From the NCBI GenBank assembly GCA_964405665.1, contig CAYOOT010000006.1, positions 3,350 to 67,349 on the forward strand: a DNA stretch of 64,000 bases, read 5' to 3'. Under the pieces are notes generated by a model. The model saw nothing but the letters and a program-made list of their open reading frames with translations, was not told where the DNA came from and ran no database searches. Of the stretch, positions 31,538 through 40,499 are shown piece after piece. Position 1 is the first letter of the stretch; each line of letters opens with the position of its first letter. The DNA comes from an uncultured Bdellovibrionales bacterium. Its GTDB lineage: Bacteria; Bdellovibrionota_C; UBA2361; SZUA-149; CAZDWZ01. The translations under genes and the position numbers were made by a program.

Positions 31538-32954
31538 AACACAATTAAAGTTAATAATCCCCTTTTTTTTCTTCTCCTGCGCGGTGGGACCTGATTTTGT
31601 TCCTCCCCAGACTGAAGTAGCCAAAGATTGGCAAGGTAATCCTCAAGCAGAGAATGCTTTAGTTAAGAAAGACAGTAAAATCGATCTAGAATGGTGGAAG
31701 AGTTTTAATGATCCTCTTTTAGTGGAACTAATTGAACAGTCTGTCGGGGAAAACCTGGATATAAAAACGGCACTTTTGCAGATTAAAGAATCAAGAGCTG
31801 TAAGAGACCATGTGCGTGCTGATCTTTTTCCTTCAATTGAAATTAACTCCGAATATAAAAGAGACAGACAAAGTGAAAATAATGATTTTTCCTTTGATAA
31901 ATCTTTTTCGGGAAGGGATGCCTATCAAGTGGGATTTGATACCTCTTGGGAAATGGATATTTTTGGTAAAATTAGAAGGGACATCGAAGCGGCAAAAGCC
32001 GATCTTGGCGCTCAGGAAGATGCGGCAAAAAATATTTATTTGATTACATTTGCAGAAATCGCCAGAAATTACTTGGAACTTCGAACTTTTCAAAAAGAAA
32101 AAAATATTATTCAAGAAAATATTGCTTTACAGGAAAAATCTTTAGAATTGGTCGAAAATAAATTTAAGTATGGAGTGATTTCTAAACTGGATTTATTAAG
32201 AGAACAATCTTTGGTTAATTCCACCCGGGCAAAATTACCGGAAGTTGAAACTAAAATCTCTACTAAAATTCATGCGCTCTCGATCTTATTGGGGAAAGAA
32301 CCAAATGTTTTAGCGGAAAAATTAAATCAAATAAAAGAAATTCCAGCACTTCCTACAGTTGTTCAGGTTGGAGTGCCTTCGGAAATACTAAGAAGAAGAC
32401 CGGATATCAGGCAAGCAGAAAAAGAAATTGCTGCTGCTACTGCCAGAATTGGCGTAGCTACTGCTGATTTATTTCCCAGATTTACGCTCAATGGGTACTA
32501 TGATTTATCTTCGCGTAATTTTTCTAAGTTATTTAATGGCACTAGCGGCAATTGGTCAGTTGGTCCTGAAATATCTTGGTATATTCTTTCTGCAAAAAGC
32601 ATTAATGCTAATATTCGTATCCAAGAAGCCAAAGAACAGCAATCCCTTGTTCAATATCAAAAAACTGTGCTCAATGCCTTAAAGGAAGTTGAAGATAATA
32701 TTGTTAGTTTAGAGAATGAACGTTTACGTTATCAAAAACTCCAGGAAAGTTATCAAGCAAGTTCCGAATCTGTTGTTCTTGCCAAACAAATGTATGAGCA
32801 AGGAACAATTGATTTTATTCGCCTCTTAGAAACCGAAACATCTTTGCTTGCGGCACAAGATTCTCTTGTGCAAAGCGAAGGAGCATTAGTGATCAACCTA
32901 CTCTCTTTGTATAAATCCTTAGGCGGTGGTTGGGAAACATTTATAAAAAGCTGA
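31527..32954 (+). CDS. RND-efflux outer-membrane factor lipoprotein (NodT/TolC family)
   Basis: Lipobox FFFSCA, two OEP repeats, 475 aa. Start overlaps the tetR stop. Confidence 0.85.
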   Translation: MISRTQLKLIIPFFFFSCAVGPDFVPPQTEVAKDWQGNPQAENALVKKDSKIDLEWWKSFNDPLLVELIEQSVGENLDIKTALLQIKESRAVRDHVRADLFPSIEINSEYKRDRQSENNDFSFDKSFSGRDAYQVGFDTSWEMDIFGKIRRDIEAAKADLGAQEDAAKNIYLITFAEIARNYLELRTFQKEKNIIQENIALQEKSLELVENKFKYGVISKLDLLREQSLVNSTRAKLPEVETKISTKIHALSILLGKEPNVLAEKLNQIKEIPALPTVVQVGVPSEILRRRPDIRQAEKEIAAATARIGVATADLFPRFTLNGYYDLSSRNFSKLFNGTSGNWSVGPEISWYILSAKSINANIRIQEAKEQQSLVQYQKTVLNALKEVEDNIVSLENERLRYQKLQESYQASSESVVLAKQMYEQGTIDFIRLLETETSLLAAQDSLVQSEGALVINLLSLYKSLGGGWETFIKS

Positions 32955-32965
32955 AATAAAAAATT

Positions 32966-34093
32966 ATGAAAAAACAAATAATAAGAACGTTTTTTGGTTT
33001 TCTTGTCGTAGTAGCAATATTTGGATTTATTAAATATTTGCAAATCTCTAAAGCAATTGCCCAGGGGATGTCCCATAAACCTCCACCTGATGCCATCACC
33101 ACTATTATTATTAAAGAACAAAGCTGGCAAAAAACCTTAACTGCTGTAGGAACTCTTATTCCAGAGCAAGGAATTGTAATTAAAGTAGAAGAGCCGGGCA
33201 GAGTGGCAAAAATAGCTTTTGAATCTGGGCAGAAAATCGAGAAAGGAGAAGTTATTTTGGCCTTGGATACTGCCGTGGAAGAAGCAAATCTTAGTCATGC
33301 GGAAGCGATGGAAAAAAGAACCAAGCTCGCACTTGATCGAGCCCTTAAACTTTTTGAAACAAAATCTGTGTCTAAAGATGAGTTAGATAATTGGCAAGCA
33401 CAAAACTCGCAGGCTTTGGCTGATATCCGTCTTAATCGGGCAATGATTGAGAGAAAAGTCTTTAAGGCGCCTTTCTCCGGAAGATTAGGAATTAGGAAAG
33501 TTAATTTAGGAGAATATCTTGCTCCCGGCATGGAAATTGTTTCTTTGCAATCTTACGATAAGCTTTATATTAATTTTTCATTTCCTCAACAAGAAGTCTC
33601 CCAGATAAATGTTGGGCAAACTGTTAATTTTTCTGTAGATGCTTATCCGAATAAAGTATTTGAAGGAAAAGTTACTTCGGTTAATCCGGAAGTAAACGAA
33701 ACAAGCAGGAATTTTCTAGTCCAAGCAACAATAGAAAATAAAGCTGAAGAACTAAGGCCGGGAATGTTTGCCCAAGTTTCAGTGAATGTTGGAGAACCCT
33801 TCGCCGTGATTGCCATTCCGATAACTAGCATTAATTATGCACCTTATGGTGATTCAGTCTATGTGATCGAAAAAATGAATGACCCTCAGGGTAATGAAAT
33901 CACCGGAGCAAAGCCGCAATCTGTGGAATTGGGAGAGAAAAAAGGAGATCTTGTAAGAATATTAAAAGGTTTAACTGCCGGACAAGAAGTTGCAACATCA
34001 GGGGTTTTTAAACTCCATCCAGGGTCTGCTGTATTTATTAATAACAGTTTATCCCCCGGACAAAGCGAGAAACCTCATCCTCAAGATACTTAA
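32966..34093 (+). CDS. RND-efflux periplasmic adaptor (membrane-fusion protein, HlyD/AcrA family)
   Basis: N-terminal TM anchor, coiled-coil hairpin, biotinyl/lipoyl-like and beta-barrel segments typical of MFPs. Confidence 0.85.
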   Translation: MKKQIIRTFFGFLVVVAIFGFIKYLQISKAIAQGMSHKPPPDAITTIIIKEQSWQKTLTAVGTLIPEQGIVIKVEEPGRVAKIAFESGQKIEKGEVILALDTAVEEANLSHAEAMEKRTKLALDRALKLFETKSVSKDELDNWQAQNSQALADIRLNRAMIERKVFKAPFSGRLGIRKVNLGEYLAPGMEIVSLQSYDKLYINFSFPQQEVSQINVGQTVNFSVDAYPNKVFEGKVTSVNPEVNETSRNFLVQATIENKAEELRPGMFAQVSVNVGEPFAVIAIPITSINYAPYGDSVYVIEKMNDPQGNEITGAKPQSVELGEKKGDLVRILKGLTAGQEVATSGVFKLHPGSAVFINNSLSPGQSEKPHPQDT

Positions 34094-34113
34094 TATTTAT
34101 TTTGGAGTAATTT

Positions 34114-37100
34114 GTGAAACTTACCGATCTCTTTATCAAACGACCTGTTCTTGCAATATGCATTAACATCTTGATTTTTGTTGCTGGTTACAAATCATTA
34201 CAAAGTCTAAATGTCAGACAATATCCCAAAAGTGATATTGCCATAGTGACCATTAAAACAGCATATGTCGGAGCCGATGCGGACTTAGTGAGAGGATTTA
34301 TTACCACGCCACTGGAGCGAGTTATCGCCAGTGCTGATGGGATTGATTATTTGGAATCACAAAGCCAACAAAGCTTAAGTCAAATTACTGCTCACTTAAA
34401 ACTAAACTACAATACCAATGATGCTTTAACTCAAATTCAAGCTAAAGTTGCACAAGTAAGAAATGATTTACCTCCGGAAGCAGAAGCGCCAATCATCAAT
34501 GTGGAAAATAGCGATAATCGGATTGCTTCGATGTATTTAAGTTTTTACTCTAACGATATTCCACAAAACAAAATAACTGATTATCTAACCCGAGTCGTTC
34601 AGCCTAAATTATCTTCAGTTGCTGGTGTGCAAAAAGCAGATATTCTGGGAGCAAGAACTTTTGCGATGAGAGTTTGGCTTAAACCCGAAAAAATGGCTTC
34701 TTATAATATCAGTCCATCGCAAGTAAAAGATGTTCTGGCAGCAAATAATTTTCTTTCTGCAGTAGGTTCTACTAAAGGCTCAATGATCACTGTAAATCTG
34801 GTAGCCAATACCGATCTTAAATCTCAAGAAGATTTTAATAATATTGTTGTAAAAAAAGATGCTGATTCTTTTGTTCGTTTAAGTGATATTGCCGATGTTG
34901 TTTTGGGTGCTGAAAGTTATGACGAAGAGGTTCGTTTTGACGGAGAAGCAGCAACCTTTATGGGTATCTGGGTACTTCCTAATGCCAATTCTCTGGATGT
35001 AATTTCAGCAGTAAGAGAGCTTGTTCCTGATATAGAAAAAAATCTTCCGCCAGGAATGAAAGTAGGAATCCCTTATGATGCAACTCAATATATTCGAAAT
35101 GCGATACACGATGTAATTAAGACTTTAGTGGAAACTATCTGCATAGTAATTTTGGTAATCTTTCTTTTCTTAGGTTCGATTCGTTCTGTTTTAGTTCCTG
35201 TAGTCGCTATTCCTTTATCCTTAGTGGGTGCAACCACGATAATGATGGCCTTTGGCTTTACTCTTAATTTATTAACTTTGTTAGCGATTGTTCTTGCCGT
35301 GGGATTGGTAGTTGATGATGCCATTGTAATGCTGGAGAATATTGAGCGCCATGTTAATGAAGGAATGAAGCCCAAAGAGGCAGCTATTGTTGCTGCAAGA
35401 GAATTAGTTGGTCCAACAATCGCCATGACAATTACTCTTGCTGCGGTTTATGCTCCAATTGGAATTCAAGGTGGCTTAACCGGTGCTCTATTTAAAGAAT
35501 TTGCCCTGACTTTATCCGGTGCTGTGATTATTTCCGGTATAGTTGCTTTAACACTATCTCCGATGATGTCTTCGAAATTGTTAAAATCGCATCAGGAATC
35601 TTCCAGGTTTAAAACTATGGTTGAAAATTTTCTAGATGGACTAAGAGCAAGATATTTAAAACTTCTAAAGATTTCTCTAAACTACAGGCCAGCAATCATT
35701 ACTGCGGCCTTAATGCTAGTTTTATGTTTGCCGATTTTATATATGTTTTCCAAAAAAGAACTGGCCCCCAGAGAAGATCAGGGAATAATTTTTGGAATTG
35801 TGCAATCTGCACCTAATTCTTCCATTGATCAGAATATTCTTTATACCAATGAAATGACCAAAGTTTATAAAAGCTTTCCCGAATATCAGCACACCTTTCA
35901 ATTAACGATGCCTAATTCTGGTTTTTCCGGAATGCTAACTACTCCCTGGAATCAGCGATCCCGAACTACCCAACAAATGGAAGGAGAAATGTGGGGTAAA
36001 ATGTCTGTGATCCCTGGAATCAGAGCAATTGTTACTACTCCCCCACCACTACCCGGAGGTAGTGATTTTCCGATTGAATTTATTATTTCCTCAACGTTAG
36101 AACCAGAGAGAATCTATGATTACGCCAATCAATTAGTAATGAAAGCTTTTCAAAGCGGAAAGTTTATGTTTGCTGATACTGATTTGAAATATGATCTGCC
36201 ACAAAGTGAGATTACTCTGGATCGAGATAAAGTTTCATCGCTTGGTTTGTCGATGCGCACAGTGGGTGAAGATATTTCTACTTTAACCGGTGGAAATTAT
36301 GTCAACCGTTTTAATATTCAAGGCCGAAGTTATAAAGTCATTCCTCAAGCTAAACGAATTGATCGCTTAAATCCTGAACAGCTAGAAAATTTTTATATTA
36401 CAGGACCTAATGACAAATTAATTCCTCTTTCTACAGTTGCCAAGATTAGTAATAGAATCCAGCCTCGATCTTTAAACAGGTTTCAACAATTAAATTCAGC
36501 TAAAATAACAGGCGTAATCAATCCCGGGGTGAATATCGATCAAGGTCTTAAGGTATTAGAAGAAGAAGCACATAAAATTCTTCCAAAAGATTTTAATATT
36601 GAGTACGCTGGTGAATCCAGGCAATTAAGAAAAGAGCAAAATGCTTTTGCTGCTACTTTGTTTTTTGCAGTAATCCTAATTTTTCTAGTTATTGCCTCGC
36701 AGTTTGAAAGTTTTAGAGACCCCTTAATTATTCTTGCCGGTTCTGTTCCTCTGGCCCTGGCCGGTGCTTTGATTTTTGTATTTTTCAATGCCACCTCCTT
36801 AAACATTTATTCTCAAGTTGGTTTGGTGACACTAGTTGGGCTAATTGCCAAAAACGGTATTTTGATTGTGGAGTTTGCCAACAAACAACAAGAAAAAGGA
36901 TTAACCAAACTAGAAGCAATAGTGGAAGCATGTGGAGTTAGACTTAGACCAGTGCTGATGACATCGGTGGCAACAGTTGTCGGTCATTTTCCGTTAATCT
37001 TAGCAACAGGAGCCGGCGCCGGTTCCAGAAATAGTATCGGTGCGGTCTTAGTTAGCGGCATGATTATCGGAACATTCTTTACACTGTTTGTTTTGCCGAC

Positions 37101-37206
37101 TATTTATTCTTTGGTTGCCGCTGATCATAAAAAAGATGTTACCAAGCAAGATGAAGATTTAAAGCATTTTTCTGGTAATGGACAAGTTGTGAATATTTCT
37201 TCTTGA
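34114..37206 (+). CDS. RND-superfamily multidrug efflux permease (AcrB/MexB-like)
   Basis: 1030 aa with a 12-TM pattern, two large periplasmic loops and conserved TM4 motifs (…GLVVDDAIVMLENIERH…). Confidence 0.9.
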   Translation: MKLTDLFIKRPVLAICINILIFVAGYKSLQSLNVRQYPKSDIAIVTIKTAYVGADADLVRGFITTPLERVIASADGIDYLESQSQQSLSQITAHLKLNYNTNDALTQIQAKVAQVRNDLPPEAEAPIINVENSDNRIASMYLSFYSNDIPQNKITDYLTRVVQPKLSSVAGVQKADILGARTFAMRVWLKPEKMASYNISPSQVKDVLAANNFLSAVGSTKGSMITVNLVANTDLKSQEDFNNIVVKKDADSFVRLSDIADVVLGAESYDEEVRFDGEAATFMGIWVLPNANSLDVISAVRELVPDIEKNLPPGMKVGIPYDATQYIRNAIHDVIKTLVETICIVILVIFLFLGSIRSVLVPVVAIPLSLVGATTIMMAFGFTLNLLTLLAIVLAVGLVVDDAIVMLENIERHVNEGMKPKEAAIVAARELVGPTIAMTITLAAVYAPIGIQGGLTGALFKEFALTLSGAVIISGIVALTLSPMMSSKLLKSHQESSRFKTMVENFLDGLRARYLKLLKISLNYRPAIITAALMLVLCLPILYMFSKKELAPREDQGIIFGIVQSAPNSSIDQNILYTNEMTKVYKSFPEYQHTFQLTMPNSGFSGMLTTPWNQRSRTTQQMEGEMWGKMSVIPGIRAIVTTPPPLPGGSDFPIEFIISSTLEPERIYDYANQLVMKAFQSGKFMFADTDLKYDLPQSEITLDRDKVSSLGLSMRTVGEDISTLTGGNYVNRFNIQGRSYKVIPQAKRIDRLNPEQLENFYITGPNDKLIPLSTVAKISNRIQPRSLNRFQQLNSAKITGVINPGVNIDQGLKVLEEEAHKILPKDFNIEYAGESRQLRKEQNAFAATLFFAVILIFLVIASQFESFRDPLIILAGSVPLALAGALIFVFFNATSLNIYSQVGLVTLVGLIAKNGILIVEFANKQQEKGLTKLEAIVEACGVRLRPVLMTSVATVVGHFPLILATGAGAGSRNSIGAVLVSGMIIGTFFTLFVLPTIYSLVAADHKKDVTKQDEDLKHFSGNGQVVNISS

Positions 37207-37212
37207 TACTTT

Positions 37213-37713
37213 TTAAAACCCAATCCTCCTTTTCTTAGGAGACACTGGCTTTTGTAATTCTTCAATAATCTGAATTATCGCCTTAGCATGCTCATCTGTT
37301 CTTGCTTCAATAGACTTAAGTCTTTTAGCTAAAGCTTCATTAGAAAGTAGAAGCTCTCGAAGTTTGATAAAAGAGCGTATAATTTGAACACTGACAATTA
37401 CGGCTCTTTCACTTTTAAGAACAGCAGAAAGCATTGCCACACCTTGTTCAGTAAAGGCATAAGGTCTATCTCTCCTACCGCCATATTGTTTTCCCATCCC
37501 CAATCTTTTTTCCAATTCCCGAACTTCTTCAATAGATAATTGAAACATAAAGTCATCTGGAAAACGCTCTAGATTTCTCGAAACAGCCTTATTTAAATCT
37601 CTGGTACCAACTTGATAAAAATGTGCAAGATCACTATCGATCATTACTTTTAATCCTCTAATTAAATAAATCTTCTGTTGTATTATCTGAGAAGAAAGCA
37701 ATTCTATTTTCAA
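37213..37713 (-). CDS. ORF6N-domain protein (KilA-N-related DNA-binding, phage-antirepressor-like)
   Basis: IYLIRGLKVMIDSDLAHFYQVGTRDLNKAVSRNLERFPDDFMFQLS…YAFTEQGVAMLSAVLKSERA matches the ORF6N domain pattern. Confidence 0.65.
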   Translation of the reverse strand: MKIELLSSQIIQQKIYLIRGLKVMIDSDLAHFYQVGTRDLNKAVSRNLERFPDDFMFQLSIEEVRELEKRLGMGKQYGGRRDRPYAFTEQGVAMLSAVLKSERAVIVSVQIIRSFIKLRELLLSNEALAKRLKSIEARTDEHAKAIIQIIEELQKPVSPKKRRIGF

Positions 37714-37738
37714 TTAGCACATTACAAAAATAACTATT

Positions 37739-37801
37739 ATACCAGGCACTTACAAACTTGATGTTCCAATTTGGAACATCAAGTTTGTAAGTGCCTGGTA
37801 T
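37739..37801. promoter_or_regulatory. perfect 63-nt palindrome (31-nt arms) upstream of the ORF6N gene; a degenerate second copy lies at 37846-37886
   Basis: ataccaggcacttacaaacttgatgttccaa-t-ttggaacatcaagtttgtaagtgcctggtat. The second copy is tacaaacttgaagttccaatttggaactcaactttgcaa. Shared core TTCCAATTTGGAA. Confidence 0.7.
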
Positions 37802-37981
37802 TCTTAATAGAAACTCATTAGGAAAAACTGCAATAATTTAAATAGGTTACAAACTTGAAGTTCCAATTTGGAACTCAACTTTGCAAAATCTCTAAGATTA
37901 TTATTTTTTCTTGCTGATTATAAATTAGCAATTATTATATTCGCTAAAGCTGAATAAAAGGTACTTCAGAAAAATTATTTT

Positions 37982-39700
37982 TTAATCACAAGCTGATCCA
38001 AAACAATCCTCGCAATATACAGGCTGACAATGGTTCGGAGAATAGGCAGTAGTGATATTTTCAGCACAGTGATCACATTGTCGCATAAATATTTGTCTAG
38101 TGGTGCGACTATTTTGACGTAGCTGATGGCGACAAAAAAAGCAGCTTGCCGGTAGTGCTAGTCCATTGAGTTTGTGCCATTCTAATTCTAATTGTTGAAG
38201 TCGATATCCACGACTACAAACATCACAACGTAAAGTTGCTTTGATCAAACTTTCCTCTGCTTGTTCTAGGTTATCTGGCAATTCAACTTTATCACTTACC
38301 AGAGTAATGTCCTTGTCATCTTCCCAGGAAAAACCCAGAGAACGTGCTTCTTTAGCTGAAAGCGGATAATGAACCTGTGCTTGCGTAAGATTATACGGAA
38401 AGTCTGAAAGCGATGGGGGAAAGAATTCACCCCATTCACCAGTATGCTTCATGTGATTTATGAGCTTCGGGACTAACAGAAGATAATCACTCTCTGAATA
38501 CTGTTTATTCAGAATACAATACTGATTATGCTTTAGGCTAATGCAACCAAATAAGTGCGCACAATCATATACGCAATCCATGCAGTAGGCTAAGTTATGC
38601 ACTCCAAAACTGCAGGCGAAACAACAGCGAATTTGATATGCCTTAGGCCCGCTATTTGCAGTTTCGATAATTAATTCTCCACCACCGCATTCATCACAAT
38701 CAAGAAATCCTTTCATGCTGGCAAATGCCTGGGCAGCATACATGCCTTCCCATAAATGGTGAGAATCAAAACATTTAATTGCATCCTTACATTCTATTAG
38801 ATAATTACCACTTACATTTTCATTGCGCACGCCTAGTAGATATCGCTCTGGAAATGATTTTCGAAAGACTTCAAATAGTTTACGGTATTTCTGCACACCA
38901 CTCCGATTTTGCAACTCTTGAACTAATTTCTTGTAAACACTGGGTGTGCAAGGTTTATTTTGAAAATAATATTCCTTATTGCGCAAATTGCAGCACAAAA
39001 AACAATTTTTACAACCGATACAGTTTCGAAGAAAATAAGAATCAGAACAATTTTCACATTGAGAAATGAAAGCACTATTGTAGCAACGGATACAATCTAT
39101 TGCTTCGTAACATAACTCCGAATCTTGAACTCGCAAACAGTCCAGAGAAGATTTTGAATTATCTAATCCATATGAGTAAAGACAGTCATGGTCATGATTC
39201 GAGTTAAACACCAGATAACAATTCTTTAACGCTCCTGTAAAATTAGTATAGGCAGAATTTTCAGAGTTGATATAATCTGTGTGCAGTGCAACATGCGGAA
39301 CAACATTTTTAAGTTCTTTTAATTGCTCAAAAAATGGCCTGGAAAAATCAATCTTCCGACCATACTCTCGCCCGTCAAATTTATCGCTATGCCAATATTC
39401 TGAATTAAAAACAGGATGTCGTACCTCATTTGAAAAATGACTAATGATTGACTTTCCAGTGGCATCACAATTACGTTTTACTAAATGTAATTGATTAAGA
39501 TGAAGAAGCCGTCTCTGAGAACGGCAGCGAGGACATTTTTTTGGATCAGGCATGCCAGATTTCTCGCGAAATTCATGTTCCCAATGTGTTATTGCAAATA
39601 CTTGAGAACAGTCACTGCAATTTTGTTGAGATATTATGTGACCAATCAAACCTGAACTATTATTATTTGCATCTATGACCATGAATATATAATATATCAA
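37982..39700 (-). CDS. Cys-rich family protein, copy C
   Basis: 572 aa. N-module CSDCSQVFAITHWEHEFREKSGMPDPKKCPRCR…LHLVKRNCDATGKSIISHF, Cys-rich cores ending CFLCCNLRNKEYYFQNK and …CISLKHNQYCILNKQYSESDY, C-module RCDVCSRGYRLQQLELEWHKLNGLALP…YCEDCF. Confidence 0.8.
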   Translation of the reverse strand: MIYYIFMVIDANNNSSGLIGHIISQQNCSDCSQVFAITHWEHEFREKSGMPDPKKCPRCRSQRRLLHLNQLHLVKRNCDATGKSIISHFSNEVRHPVFNSEYWHSDKFDGREYGRKIDFSRPFFEQLKELKNVVPHVALHTDYINSENSAYTNFTGALKNCYLVFNSNHDHDCLYSYGLDNSKSSLDCLRVQDSELCYEAIDCIRCYNSAFISQCENCSDSYFLRNCIGCKNCFLCCNLRNKEYYFQNKPCTPSVYKKLVQELQNRSGVQKYRKLFEVFRKSFPERYLLGVRNENVSGNYLIECKDAIKCFDSHHLWEGMYAAQAFASMKGFLDCDECGGGELIIETANSGPKAYQIRCCFACSFGVHNLAYCMDCVYDCAHLFGCISLKHNQYCILNKQYSESDYLLLVPKLINHMKHTGEWGEFFPPSLSDFPYNLTQAQVHYPLSAKEARSLGFSWEDDKDITLVSDKVELPDNLEQAEESLIKATLRCDVCSRGYRLQQLELEWHKLNGLALPASCFFCRHQLRQNSRTTRQIFMRQCDHCAENITTAYSPNHCQPVYCEDCFGSACD

Positions 39701-39721
39701 GCACGAGTTTAAGGAAATATT

Positions 39722-40453
39722 CTACTCCAAAGAAAATTGTAGTGCCCAAGCATGATTTTTTTGATCAACTAATTCCAAATCTTGAAATTGCCCCATTTCC
39801 GACAAGTTCTTTAAATGAGTTCCGCCGCAGGGATTGGCATCGAGCTCTTCAATGATGATCATTCTGACTTTACCTTTGATTTGGATATCGGGGTCTCCAG
39901 GGCGAAAAATTGTTTTGAATTTTTCTTTAGCCAGATCAATGCTATTGATACTTTCTGCCCAGATTTTTCTTTGATTTTTGCTATGGTCTAGCACCATACT
40001 TTTTGCATCTTCGATTACCGCTTGGTCCATTTTAAAAGTTGTCAGGAAATGCATTTCGCAACTGGAGAGGTCTTCCTTAATTTGCATCCCTTTAGAAACA
40101 TAATCAGGAGTGATTTTATTGAGCGCACCGGCTAGAGCATGTTGAGCACTGTGTAGTCTCATTATTTTTTTACGGCGCTCAAAATCAAGCTTGCAAAGAA
40201 CTTCTACGGATTTCCTGAGAGTTATGATCGGATCTATTTTAATTCGAATATCGCCTTTATGTTTTACCAGTTCTAAAACTTCCCTTTCTTCGTTTTCAAA
40301 AATAACTTTACCGTAATCTCGGGGTTGGCCGCCGCCTTGGGTAAATAAACTATCGCGAAAGCTGAGCAATTGTTTGCCTTCGTGTTCTTCAATAAAATCA
40401 AGGATTGTTTTTATTTCGTTACAATAGGAGTCAGTTCTAAAAATTGGGTTCAT
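39722..40453 (-). CDS. AlaX-like aminoacyl-tRNA editing protein (ThrRS/AlaRS second additional domain)
   Basis: Zinc-binding HxxxH (HSAQHALAG) and CxxxH (CGGTHL) motifs of the tRNA_SAD editing domain. Start taken as the ATG at 40453; the tracked GTG at 40480 lies inside the repeat hairpin. Confidence 0.65.
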   Translation of the reverse strand: MNPIFRTDSYCNEIKTILDFIEEHEGKQLLSFRDSLFTQGGGQPRDYGKVIFENEEREVLELVKHKGDIRIKIDPIITLRKSVEVLCKLDFERRKKIMRLHSAQHALAGALNKITPDYVSKGMQIKEDLSSCEMHFLTTFKMDQAVIEDAKSMVLDHSKNQRKIWAESINSIDLAKEKFKTIFRPGDPDIQIKGKVRMIIIEELDANPCGGTHLKNLSEMGQFQDLELVDQKNHAWALQFSLE

Positions 40454-40470
40454 TATTATCCATAATAAAT

Positions 40471-40499
40471 GTAGGGGCACCCATAAAGGGTGCCCCTAC
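40471..40499. repeat. GC-rich palindromic hairpin repeat (single unit); the stop codon of the upstream Lrp-like gene lies in the stem
   Basis: gtaggggcaccc-ataaa-gggtgcccctac. Confidence 0.75.

Noticed and set aside
37213-37981. Calling the ORF6N locus a prophage or integrative element
   Set aside because: No integrase, recombinase, transposase or att-like direct repeats flank it within the window. Only the ORF6N gene and palindromes are present, so it is reported as a regulatory/structural curiosity rather than a mobile element.
40454-40480. GTG start of the AlaX-like gene at 40480
   Set aside because: It falls inside the stem of the palindromic repeat that also carries the upstream gene's stop codon. 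The internal ATG at 40453 is the more plausible start.
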